64,000 nt of DNA from a virus, in IMG/VR virus record IMGVR_UViG_3300037511_000246, positions 2,550-66,549 of that record. One strand, written 5' to 3'. Positions 26,766 to 35,127 of the stretch are shown here, piece after piece. Under the pieces are notes generated by a model, which worked only from the letters and a program-made list of their open reading frames with translations, ran no database searches and had not been told where the DNA came from. The position numbers were made by a program, and so were the translations under genes. Within the stretch, counting starts at the first letter, position 1. Each line of letters opens with the position of its first letter.

Positions 26766-26940
26766 ATGTGCGCCCGGTAGGGCAACTATTCACTGCCTAT
26801 GCCGCCTCTTTATAGCGGCGCGGCCCGGTAGCGCGGGCCTAGGCTGGCCCGGTGCCGTGGCCGGCTGGCAGGCCCGCGCCGTGGGCAGCCTAGGGCCTTG
26901 CCGCCCCATGCCCACACTGCCACGGCGCACCCGGCCAGCC
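26766..26940. repeat. GC-rich (~75%) intergenic island with degenerate GGCCCGGT / CCTAGGGC / GGCCGGCTGG repeats
   Basis: Motifs recur every ~25-50 nt. Shares the 15-mer ggcccgcgccgtggg with the second island at ~55897. Confidence 0.5.
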
Positions 26941-27666
26941 CTAGGGCGCGGCAGGCTGGCCGGCTGGCGCTGGCCCGGTGCTGGCGCTGGCCGGCTGTAC
27001 GGGCCGCAGCGTAACCGGGTCCACGGGTATCAGCGGCTCGTCCGCGCCACGGTACAGCATAGCCGGCTTGATGGCTCTGTCGCAGTTCGGGAGGTGTGCG
27101 CCGTTTGCGCCACCACACAGATTGCATGTGATCAGCACAGCCTGAGATGAACGCTCTGCTGGATGCGCATTCGAATCTGTCGCCAGTGGATTCGGTGGAT
27201 CGCCATTGTCCCATTCAACCTCACGAACTTGTCTGTCCAGTTCTGCTGAGAGCACAGCCGGCATCGTTGACGCACGTACCTGGGTCAAGTAAGAATCGAG
27301 TTCAGACAGTGCCATCTCGATATCGGCCTTTGTGCGCCACCAGATGACCAGCTTGGTGATGGTGCCTTGGAAGTAGTCGAGTTTGAACGTCTCAATAATG
27401 GTGTACAGACCAACACCAGACGACAGCCGTGCTTCGTTTGGACGACCATGCGCTTCAATGACTTCGAGATACTTCTCGAGGTAGTGTCTTGACTTCTCGA
27501 GGTCTTGCAACCCATTCTTGTTCCGCCACCTGAACAGGTACTTGGTAATATTACCTTGGAAGTAGTCGAGCGCCAGGATGGCAACCATGTCCCAGTGTTG
27601 CAGATCTGGTTTGCCGTGTGCCTTGTAGTGGTCGCCACCGACTTGTGTTGAGTTCGCGTTGGACAT
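26941..27666 (-). CDS. tandem DUF3310-domain protein with C-terminal Cys cluster and Pro/Ala-rich tail
   Basis: Two repeats of 'LDYFQGnITKyl..W' ('VAILALDYFQGNITKYLFRW', 'FKLDYFQGTITKLVIWW'). 'CNLCGG...LPNC'. RBS 'aggaggaaagtga'. Confidence 0.55.
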   Translation of the reverse strand: MSNANSTQVGGDHYKAHGKPDLQHWDMVAILALDYFQGNITKYLFRWRNKNGLQDLEKSRHYLEKYLEVIEAHGRPNEARLSSGVGLYTIIETFKLDYFQGTITKLVIWWRTKADIEMALSELDSYLTQVRASTMPAVLSAELDRQVREVEWDNGDPPNPLATDSNAHPAERSSQAVLITCNLCGGANGAHLPNCDRAIKPAMLYRGADEPLIPVDPVTLRPVQPASASTGPAPAGQPAAP

Positions 27667-27933
27667 TCACTTTCCTCCTGAGCATGTGTTGTAGAGTATG
27701 GCAAGTATGATCATAGTGATGATCCAGATAACGATGCGCCACGGAATGAATCGTTTCGGTTCTGCTGGCGGTTGCTCGATAACATTCGGAGCCGCCATCT
27801 GCTCGAGATCCTCGAGGGTGAAGTTGACCACTGCACGACAGTCAGCGCACATCGACTGGCGCTGTGCCAGTGTGCTGATGTCGACCCATGTACCAGTGCA
27901 TCCAGGCTTCGTATGGAACGTGTCACCAGTCAT
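27667..27933 (-). CDS. small membrane protein with CxxC
   Basis: 88 aa. 'CADCRAV' and a C-terminal TM 'IVIWIITMIILAILY'. Confidence 0.35.
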   Translation of the reverse strand: MTGDTFHTKPGCTGTWVDISTLAQRQSMCADCRAVVNFTLEDLEQMAAPNVIEQPPAEPKRFIPWRIVIWIITMIILAILYNTCSGGK

Positions 27934-28460
27934 CGCCGCACCAGCCCTCGCGCTATCTCGTAGCGCTTTATGACGAGAGCCATGATCTCATGCTCTACAG
28001 GCTTGCCATCATCCAACAGACGGTCTGAGCCGATCGCATCGAGTATGCGGCCAACCATAGGTAAGGCACTGTGGTTGCCACGCGACACTTCTTCAAGGGC
28101 AAAGAAGGCCAGCTCCACTCTGTCGGCCAGCTTCAGCAGGCGCTTCTCATCGTCTGTTAGCTCGACATCTAAGCAATACGTGGCTTCTATCTGAGCCTCG
28201 GCTTCTTTGTACGCCCTGCGCAGATCAGGAAAGTCACGAAGCGTTGGCGATGGAGTGTCACCTACCTTCGCCTCCGCGACATCGTGGTAGAGGCCAGCCT
28301 TCAACAAGTTGGCGCTGCACTTGCCGTCTGTCAGTTCGATGAGAAGCAGACATACACCGAAGCTGTGAGCACCGACACTTTGTAGTTCTACAGTGGGCAT
28401 AGTGTGGAAGCGGATGATACGCTGTGCTGATCGCCCAAGTTCCAATCGAAGGATATTCAC
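27930..28460 (-). CDS. HD-domain phosphohydrolase (YfbR-like 5'-deoxynucleotidase)
   Basis: 'RFHT...QSVGAHS' and 'LLKAGLYHDVAEAKVGDTPSP' (HD motif). GTG start overlaps the upstream stop; the ORF track extends to 28517. Confidence 0.65.
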   Translation of the reverse strand: MNILRLELGRSAQRIIRFHTMPTVELQSVGAHSFGVCLLLIELTDGKCSANLLKAGLYHDVAEAKVGDTPSPTLRDFPDLRRAYKEAEAQIEATYCLDVELTDDEKRLLKLADRVELAFFALEEVSRGNHSALPMVGRILDAIGSDRLLDDGKPVEHEIMALVIKRYEIARGLVRR

Positions 28461-29527
28461 TCTGATCTCCCAGCACGACGCGCTATCCACTGCATAGCTG
28501 CCAAGCGCCAGTCGCACTCCACCATGTTCTCAGACAAGTGATCGATGGCAGCCTGTGCTCTCATCACTTTCGTATTGCGATCTGTTTCAGAATGGTAGAT
28601 AACCCATGCTTCTCGCATAGGGACAGCCACTTTCTTGAAGAATGGTACTTTTGGAGACGCACCATTGCAGAAGTCTTCGCACTCTTGCAACCATATCTTC
28701 CAGTCCAGATGGTTGAAGCCACTCATCAATGGAAACGGTTGCATGCCTGTCTGGTAGTAGTCCTTGTCCCAGTCCGGACTGTTGATGATCTTTCTCCATG
28801 TCTCCTGCGCTTGGTCTGTGTAGACATGGAAGCTGTCACTGATCTGACGGTATACACCTACCGGCACATCGATTGCAGAAGCTATGAACTCTTGCAGCAC
28901 AGAGAACTGAACGACGTTGGCCCCATACGCACCCCATAGAGCATCGTTCGAACGGCAGCATACCGTCATGTTGAGATGGCCGTCACGAATCTTGAACATG
29001 ACCATATCATTGCACGGCATGTCTTTGGTCTTGGCACCGAGATCGACTGCCGGGTCCCAGATACTGAGAACGACTTGCCGTGTGCTGTGGTCTTGCGACA
29101 GCAGTTCGATCGCGACCCTAACCTGATCGATGGCATCAACTTCACCAACGGTAGCGTCTGGGATAAAGTGGTTGCGTAGTCGAAATCCGTAGGGCGCATG
29201 GAAGGTTGAGCCATTGTCCGAATAGTTCCGCATTTGCTTGTTGTATGCCGCAAGGAATTCGACGTCAGCACGGCCAGCCAGAATCCATAGCGCTTCCATC
29301 AGGTGGAAGAACGGATTGGCGTCACGATGAGGAGACCAGAGCACTCGTTCTGTCGGCTCGCTGTACTCCGTTGTCACAACACCTCGGTACTCCATTGTCT
29401 GCATACCGCGTGGACTGATATCGCGCCAGAAGTAGTCGCGACGAGGATCCTTCATCGACATGCGCAACTTTGAGAGCGCTTGATTCACATTGCGAACCCT
29501 GATAATGGTAGCTTCTTCGAATCTCAT
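28457..29527 (-). CDS. thymidylate synthase-family enzyme (ThyA homolog; candidate dUMP hydroxymethylase or thymidylate synthase)
   Basis: 'DMPCNDMVMFKI' (catalytic Cys) and 'CRSNDALWGAYGANVVQFSVL' align with ThyA '[20 protein letters not shown]', giving Asn at the uracil-specificity position. 356 aa with an N-terminal extension. RBS 'aaggag'. Confidence 0.65.
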   Translation of the reverse strand: MRFEEATIIRVRNVNQALSKLRMSMKDPRRDYFWRDISPRGMQTMEYRGVVTTEYSEPTERVLWSPHRDANPFFHLMEALWILAGRADVEFLAAYNKQMRNYSDNGSTFHAPYGFRLRNHFIPDATVGEVDAIDQVRVAIELLSQDHSTRQVVLSIWDPAVDLGAKTKDMPCNDMVMFKIRDGHLNMTVCCRSNDALWGAYGANVVQFSVLQEFIASAIDVPVGVYRQISDSFHVYTDQAQETWRKIINSPDWDKDYYQTGMQPFPLMSGFNHLDWKIWLQECEDFCNGASPKVPFFKKVAVPMREAWVIYHSETDRNTKVMRAQAAIDHLSENMVECDWRLAAMQWIARRAGRSE

Positions 29528-30228
29528 ATGTGCGCTCCTTTGTTTGAATTGGCGAGGTCATCTGCGAGTGATTGCGGCGTGCCCCACTCATGGAGCATGT
29601 CGCGGTTGATTTTGACAGCGAGCTTAGTGCCGTGCAGATGTTCGAAGACACCTGACAAGTAGAACTCCCCATTGGCTGCTGGCGCTGCGCGTATATTGGC
29701 GGTGACAAGATCTTTGGCGCTTCGAAAGTAGAATGCTCCGGCTAGTGCATACGGACTGATGGGATTCTTCTCCGCACCCTTTGAGAAATAAGGATACCCA
29801 TCGACAAACCCGTATCTGTCATGGTCGGCTTCGAAGACCAGTGCTGCGGCTGACGCGTGTGCGCGCCGTGCTCTGATTACCATGTACATTGGGGCATATC
29901 CGTCGAAGGCATTGTCACTATTGACTACAAGAAGCTCATCTTCTGGGCTTACTGCGTTAGCCATCATAGCTACGGTACAGGCTTGTCCAGTGCTGTCTAC
30001 AATAGGCGTCACGGTATACAGTGGTAGCGCTTCTTCGAAGCGTTCTCGATCATCAAACTTGACACCGACTGTAGTATGTAACGCTACGCCTACGGACGCT
30101 ACGATATGCTCGATCATAGTGGCTCGCTTGCCACGCCATTCAATCTGCATGAGACCTTTTGGAGTTGTGTATCCGGCGTCTTTGAAGCGCTGGCTCTCAC
30201 CAGCAGCAGGGATCAACAGGTGCAGCAT
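29524..30228 (-). CDS. sugar-phosphate nucleotidyltransferase
   Basis: N-terminus 'MLHLLIPAAGESQRF' is the NTP-transferase signature (MurU/GlmU/RmlA-like). ATGA-coupled. The track ORF begins 3 codons earlier at a GTG. Confidence 0.6.
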   Translation of the reverse strand: MLHLLIPAAGESQRFKDAGYTTPKGLMQIEWRGKRATMIEHIVASVGVALHTTVGVKFDDRERFEEALPLYTVTPIVDSTGQACTVAMMANAVSPEDELLVVNSDNAFDGYAPMYMVIRARRAHASAAALVFEADHDRYGFVDGYPYFSKGAEKNPISPYALAGAFYFRSAKDLVTANIRAAPAANGEFYLSGVFEHLHGTKLAVKINRDMLHEWGTPQSLADDLANSNKGAHI

Positions 30229-30686
30229 ATTGTCCACTCCGTACTTGCGCGCATGAGAACAGCGGCGGCAGCGTTGTCCTCAAACATTATGCCTGGAACA
30301 TTGCTCTCATTCATTGTACGAATCTTGGCTTCCAACGTCAGTGAGCAAAGCCATTCTACTTGTGCAATGATTGGAAAATGGTAAGCGAGTATTTGCAGAG
30401 CATTGTAAGAAGCGCCGGTAAAGATTCTTGGCGCACGACCACCAATAGCCAGCGCTGTGAACAGCGACATCAGCGGCAGCGGGCGTACTTCTTTCGCATG
30501 CTCCATATAGTATTGCTGCTTCAAACTGTGAACGCGCTGAGCTTCTATCGCGTCACCTTTGAACCACTCTGCGAATGTTTTGCCAAAGAAGTCCTCCGGA
30601 GGAGGGTGGCCGGCATGTGTGTAGGCATCGCGAATCACCTTGCGCGTGTCTACCAATGTGCCATCTAAATCGAAAGCGTATTGCAT
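30213..30686 (-). CDS. HAD-superfamily phosphatase
   Basis: Motif I 'FDLDGTLVDT'. RBS 'acggag'. 157 aa. Confidence 0.65.
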   Translation of the reverse strand: MQYAFDLDGTLVDTRKVIRDAYTHAGHPPPEDFFGKTFAEWFKGDAIEAQRVHSLKQQYYMEHAKEVRPLPLMSLFTALAIGGRAPRIFTGASYNALQILAYHFPIIAQVEWLCSLTLEAKIRTMNESNVPGIMFEDNAAAAVLMRASTEWTICCTC

Positions 30687-31435
30687 ATGTACTCCGTCGT
30701 CACTCGGTCTCTGCAGAAGGCGTCATGGATAGCGGCTACGCGCCCTTCAGCCCAGAGTCGCTGTGGTGCGCGCTCTTCAGTGTCTGCATACGGTATGATG
30801 CGCATGCAATGGACCATGCACCAGAACCATGCGCGCCGCACTGTCATGGGGTCCATGCCAATGGTAAGGCTATGAGCACACACCTTGCCGTCGTACGACC
30901 AGCCGGCAATGGACTTCTCCCAGCCGACTGCAGACTGCAACAGCTTGCCCATGTCCACCGTCCAGTGCGATGGTATGTATGGCGACCGCAACGGGTCTAT
31001 CAACACGAAGTCATAGCCTCTAATCATAGTATTGGAAAGCGTCGGGTCGCCGTGGATAACTTGCCAGTTAGCCTGATCCAGCCACATACTGCACAGCATC
31101 GGTTCGATGTCGATACTCGTCACGTCATGGAAGCGCTGTGCCAGCAGATACTCCCAGTTGCGCGGTTGTCCGCTTGTGTCTTGTATCGGCCATACATGCC
31201 GCGCCAATAACTGCCGCACATACTTCATGGTCCGATAGGCTGTGTCTATGTGCAGTGGTCTCAGCTCTTCAAGCCGCTCCATACGATACGAGTCACCGAA
31301 CTTCTCGAGTACCTTTGGACACACCTTGTTGAGTGGGTAGGTCTCACAGAGCTTACCTTGCTCGAATACTCCCTCACCTGTCTTGATGACCGATGCCTCT
31401 TCAATCTGAATAGTCGCACGACTGAACCCCTTCAC
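30665..31435 (-). CDS. APH/choline-kinase-fold kinase (anomeric sugar kinase-like)
   Basis: 'QVIHGDPTLSNTMI' (HGDxxxxN catalytic loop) and 'FVLIDP' (Mg-binding D). GTG start with RBS 'aagggag'. Confidence 0.55.
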   Translation of the reverse strand: MKGFSRATIQIEEASVIKTGEGVFEQGKLCETYPLNKVCPKVLEKFGDSYRMERLEELRPLHIDTAYRTMKYVRQLLARHVWPIQDTSGQPRNWEYLLAQRFHDVTSIDIEPMLCSMWLDQANWQVIHGDPTLSNTMIRGYDFVLIDPLRSPYIPSHWTVDMGKLLQSAVGWEKSIAGWSYDGKVCAHSLTIGMDPMTVRRAWFWCMVHCMRIIPYADTEERAPQRLWAEGRVAAIHDAFCRDRVTTEYICNTLSI

Positions 31436-32274
31436 TTCTGACTCCCTTGATATGCCTTCTTCCAGTAACAGATCACCTCTTTGCGAGGTGTGCTGAGTTT
31501 GTAATCCTTCTCCACGACCTTTACCAGTCCTGGATGCAGCTTCGCCAGCTTCTCGGCATCCTTATTCGATGCCTCCATTGTGCGTTCTAGCTTGGCACCA
31601 CCGGGACCAGCACCATAGGACTGATCCACGCAGAACTCTGCCAGCACGCGGTTCTGGTAGCCGGCACTAAGTAGCTGCAGACAATAGTCCATGTCCTCAC
31701 GATGCTCGATGCGTCCCAGTTCGCAGTGCTTCAGCAAGACATCAGTATTGTAGCCAAGCGCATAGATCATCCGGCTGTTAGGCTCCCACCGCAGGAAGGC
31801 TTTCTCATCAGCCTTGCCGATGTTCGTACCTTCGCCGCGTTCCTTTGCCATGCGGTTGCGCTGCATGGATTCGAGATTGTTGTTGCCCTGCCTTGCCGAG
31901 ACACCGACATGGGCAAACTTGCCGAGCTTGCGTTCCAGAAGCTGGAGCATCAGATCGACATCGTCCTCATCACACTGCTTGAGGAAGGTCGGTGTCTTGT
32001 TGTAGTCGCGGCGACAGAAGCGCAGGTCATCATCGAACATTACAATCCGCTCGCCAGCGAACTCCTTGATGATCCATGCGCGCTTCTGAGCAATGCTCTT
32101 GATACGGTCTGGTACGACCATGACCTCGATGTCAGTCTTCTTGGTTTTCTTCTGAAGACCGGGCGCGTCTTCGTCATCGCACACCAGCACAGTCCTGTCG
32201 TGCCACGACTCTGGAATGCATCGCAGCGTGAACTGTCGGTCGTTGCGACGATAGGTCGGTATGATGATTTTCAT
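31432..32274 (-). CDS. GT-A fold glycosyltransferase (paralog 2)
   Basis: Start at 'MKIIIPTYRRN...', one nt overlapped with the upstream TAA. DxD 'MFDDDLRF'. The track ORF extends upstream to 32502 but without this N-terminal signature. Confidence 0.55.
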   Translation of the reverse strand: MKIIIPTYRRNDRQFTLRCIPESWHDRTVLVCDDEDAPGLQKKTKKTDIEVMVVPDRIKSIAQKRAWIIKEFAGERIVMFDDDLRFCRRDYNKTPTFLKQCDEDDVDLMLQLLERKLGKFAHVGVSARQGNNNLESMQRNRMAKERGEGTNIGKADEKAFLRWEPNSRMIYALGYNTDVLLKHCELGRIEHREDMDYCLQLLSAGYQNRVLAEFCVDQSYGAGPGGAKLERTMEASNKDAEKLAKLHPGLVKVVEKDYKLSTPRKEVICYWKKAYQGSQK

Positions 32275-33059
32275 TATAAGATCCCCGTAGCTTGGGCATT
32301 CACCAGCCTTGCGTTGTCCAATGCGTTGCGCCATTTGAACGTGGCGCCGATGCCGGAAATGGAGTGCTTCGTTTCGCGCAGCGTCACATACTGCGGCCAT
32401 GCCTTTGCGAGCCGCTTGAACGCGGCGCGCTCCACTGCCACGGTCCTGAACTTCTTCAGACCACCGACCGCGTAGTATTTGGCATCCTTGCTGTACTCGC
32501 ACAGCACGCCAGCCGGCAATCCAATGGACAGCAGTTGCAGATGCATATCATGCTCTTGGTTCAAAGGCATCCTAAAGTTCGGCACCGGCACCTTCAGCTT
32601 TCTGGCTCTGGCTTTGATCATCTTGATGTTGTAGCCGAGAACCTGATTGTAGCGCCCATCAACCTTCACGCCACGAGGCTGGTGCTGTGACATGAACTTG
32701 TCGATGAGACCAGCGTGTGCATAGGCGCTCAGAACATGGTTCATGGTGACCAGCATACGCATGACTTCTTTCGAAGAGCTCTTCTTGAACGATCCATCAC
32801 GCTTGCGATCGAAGAACGTGAGATCATCATCGAGCATCACCATGCGGCCAGCACGGCACTTCTCGAAGAGCTTGGCGCGTTTCTCGCATAGAGTCTTGGC
32901 CTGTATGACTATGACACGACTACCCCACTCAGCGCGGTAGTCTGGCAGTGTTGGATCATTAGCAGCGACGACGATCTTGAAGTTGACACCTGCCGCAACC
33001 AGAAGCTCGGCTGTCTTCTGATTGTGCGGGCGACCACGACTTGGGATGTAGATCTTCAT
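32274..33059 (-). CDS. GT-A fold glycosyltransferase (paralog 1)
   Basis: 'MKIYIPSRGRP' and 'MVMLDDDLTFF' parallel paralog 2. ATGA-coupled; RBS 'gaggatgaaga'. Confidence 0.55.
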   Translation of the reverse strand: MKIYIPSRGRPHNQKTAELLVAAGVNFKIVVAANDPTLPDYRAEWGSRVIVIQAKTLCEKRAKLFEKCRAGRMVMLDDDLTFFDRKRDGSFKKSSSKEVMRMLVTMNHVLSAYAHAGLIDKFMSQHQPRGVKVDGRYNQVLGYNIKMIKARARKLKVPVPNFRMPLNQEHDMHLQLLSIGLPAGVLCEYSKDAKYYAVGGLKKFRTVAVERAAFKRLAKAWPQYVTLRETKHSISGIGATFKWRNALDNARLVNAQATGIL

Positions 33060-33439
33060 TCTTCATCCTCGTCTTCATCGTCGTTATCATCGCGCGCATA
33101 GCGCCGACTATCCAGCTTGCCAGCAGCCGGAAGGCCGAGCAACTCGCGCTCACGCTTCGACAGTTTCGAGAGCGCTTTGTTGGCGTCTTCAGTCTCAGCA
33201 CGGCGCGCATCTTCAGCGGCCTTGCGCTTGGCATCGCGCTTCTTGTGGCGCTCCCACCATGCTTCGAACTGTTTGCGCGTGATGCCTGCCTCTTTCCAGT
33301 TGATCTTGGCAACCACATTAGGCAGACGGCCTAATGCTTCGAGTGCAGTCATGAGAGCACATGCGATGGCCGGAGCCATGCGGTCGTCGCGCTCTTCTTG
33401 ACTTGGCGGGTAAGGTACGCCACCATCAGTACATGGCAT
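33056..33439 (-). CDS. hypothetical protein with acidic C-terminus
   Basis: RBS 'taggag'. 127 aa. Confidence 0.4.
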   Translation of the reverse strand: MPCTDGGVPYPPSQEERDDRMAPAIACALMTALEALGRLPNVVAKINWKEAGITRKQFEAWWERHKKRDAKRKAAEDARRAETEDANKALSKLSKRERELLGLPAAGKLDSRRYARDDNDDEDEDEE

Positions 33440-33449
33440 TGTGAATCTC

Positions 33450-33638
33450 CTACCTTGTTCTTACGACGCTCAGAATGACAGAGGTGCCTTTGGTGAACTC
33501 CGCCAGCATCTTCGGCATGTCTTCTTCAGTGTCAACAGTGAAGTTGATGGTCTCCATGTTGCCATCATGAATGTGCGTAAGCGCATAGCGCAACGCTGTG
33601 CCGTTGTCAGTCTTTTTCTTGCCGATCTTGATTTCCAT
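33450..33638 (-). CDS. hypothetical small protein
   Basis: RBS 'caggagacg'. 62 aa. Confidence 0.35.
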   Translation of the reverse strand: MEIKIGKKKTDNGTALRYALTHIHDGNMETINFTVDTEEDMPKMLAEFTKGTSVILSVVRTR

Positions 33639-33656
33639 TACTGTCGTCTCCTGTCG

Positions 33657-33911
33657 TTATTGAGTCGTCTGTGGCACTGCTCGATGTTCACGTAGCGTGC
33701 CAACCCTGCCACGCTGACTAACAGCGTAAGCGTTCAATTCTCGCCAGAACTTTAGTTTGCGTTCCACCTCGTTCTCCGGCACACCACTATGAAGTACCGA
33801 CCAAGCAGTCCATACGACTTCTGAAGAGAAGTGGCATCCGTTGTAGCATCGTCTTTGCGGGTCTGTGTTGACCTCTATCTGCAACCTTGTCTCTATGGTG
33901 AACTTAGCCAT
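33657..33911 (-). CDS. hypothetical small protein
   Basis: ATGA-coupled to the upstream gene. 84 aa. Confidence 0.35.
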   Translation of the reverse strand: MAKFTIETRLQIEVNTDPQRRCYNGCHFSSEVVWTAWSVLHSGVPENEVERKLKFWRELNAYAVSQRGRVGTLREHRAVPQTTQ

Positions 33912-34894
33912 CACTCATCGTCCTTGTAGTGGGTTACGTGACGGTCGATTGGAGGCCTGTACCTGCTGCGCGGCTTGCCCTCGCCATTCTTAACGCGCAT
34001 GTACTTGTCGAACTCGCAAAGCGAATGTTCGATCTCACGCATCTCGAACGGCACTCCTTCCTTGGTCATATCGAGATGCTTCTGCAAATCCTTTGGCACC
34101 ATCGTGAGAAGCTCACGCATGGCACTGTTCCAGTCGATTGGCTTGCCACCCTTCTTTTCAGCACTGCCATACAACAGCCGACGGATGCCGCGCTTTGCGC
34201 CCGGACCTGGATTGGCCCAAGCCAGTACGTCGCGCGCATTGTTCAGCACCTTGGTGAACCGCAGGTCGCACGCGATCTCGTAGGCCACAAAGCTACCGAC
34301 AGTCGGAATGCACTGCAGGATCTCGACAGCCTTCTCCATCGACTTCTTGCGCTTGATCTTGTTGGCTAACCTGATCTTGCGCTTGTAGGCATAGTCCACA
34401 GCCTCGCAGATAACCTGGATCTTCGACTCTGTGCGATTGCCATTCGACACGATGTATGCGCCGGTAAAGATCTGCTCATGATCTTCGTCGCGACGCTGCT
34501 CGAGAATCTTGATGGCCTTCTTGAGGTTCCAGTCCTTGCGACCGGTGATGCCATAGAACAATGCGTCGTAGGTTTCCGGCAGGTTGAACAGCCGGAACAT
34601 GATGCAGTGAAAAAGGATATCGCTGTTCTTCAGCTTCTTGCCACGGTTCAGCAAGTGGACATAGCGATCTTGCCATGCCAGCGACACTCGATCAAGCTGC
34701 CGGTACACGTTGGTGAACTTGTACTCGGTGAGGATCTTGTCCTTGGTCCAAGGGTGCGGTTCTTTCTCCTTGAACCGCTTCAGGTATATTGCATGGCGCT
34801 CTCGCATCCAATACCAGAACATCTTCAGCTGAGAAGCGCGGAACTTGAACTTCGGTTTCTTTGTCTTAGCCATTGGATGCACCATCGTCATCAA
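33911..34894 (-). CDS. hypothetical basic protein (327 aa), possible DNA-modification accessory enzyme
   Basis: Long ORF immediately upstream of the glycosylation cluster. No P-loop. Conserved-looking blocks 'FTNVYRQLDRVS', 'VGSFVAYEIACDLRFT'. Start codon ambiguous (34873-34894). Confidence 0.4.
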   Translation of the reverse strand: MMTMVHPMAKTKKPKFKFRASQLKMFWYWMRERHAIYLKRFKEKEPHPWTKDKILTEYKFTNVYRQLDRVSLAWQDRYVHLLNRGKKLKNSDILFHCIMFRLFNLPETYDALFYGITGRKDWNLKKAIKILEQRRDEDHEQIFTGAYIVSNGNRTESKIQVICEAVDYAYKRKIRLANKIKRKKSMEKAVEILQCIPTVGSFVAYEIACDLRFTKVLNNARDVLAWANPGPGAKRGIRRLLYGSAEKKGGKPIDWNSAMRELLTMVPKDLQKHLDMTKEGVPFEMREIEHSLCEFDKYMRVKNGEGKPRSRYRPPIDRHVTHYKDDE

Positions 34895-35057
34895 CTTCTA
34901 TGACTGTGATCCCCTTCCTGTCGCAGCGAGTCTTGAACTCCTCAAAGGCATTGCGCGTATCCAAGTTGATCACCTGCATGGCAACAGCACAGCCGTTATT
35001 ACCGAACTGTCCGCCAGTGCCACGCTCTGTCGCCACCACTAATGCTCTTACCATCAT
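34866..35057 (-). CDS. hypothetical small protein
   Basis: Very good RBS 'gggaggtc' before ATGATG. 63 aa. Confidence 0.4.
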   Translation of the reverse strand: MMVRALVVATERGTGGQFGNNGCAVAMQVINLDTRNAFEEFKTRCDRKGITVIEVDDDGASNG

Positions 35058-35127
35058 GACCTCCCGTTAAAGTAGAAGGCCGCATTGCTGCGGCCCTCTA
35101 TCCTGCACCATTGGTACAGTGCCCCGA

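Noticed and set aside
26766-26940. Possibility that the GC-rich repeat island is a CRISPR array
   Set aside because: The repeats are degenerate and of irregular length and spacing, with no regular repeat-spacer periodicity and no cas genes.
27285-27742. ORFs 27285..27704 (-) and 27551..27742 (-) overlapping the DUF3310 gene
   Set aside because: They are alternative frames of a well-supported gene and have Arg/Thr/Ser-rich antisense-like composition.
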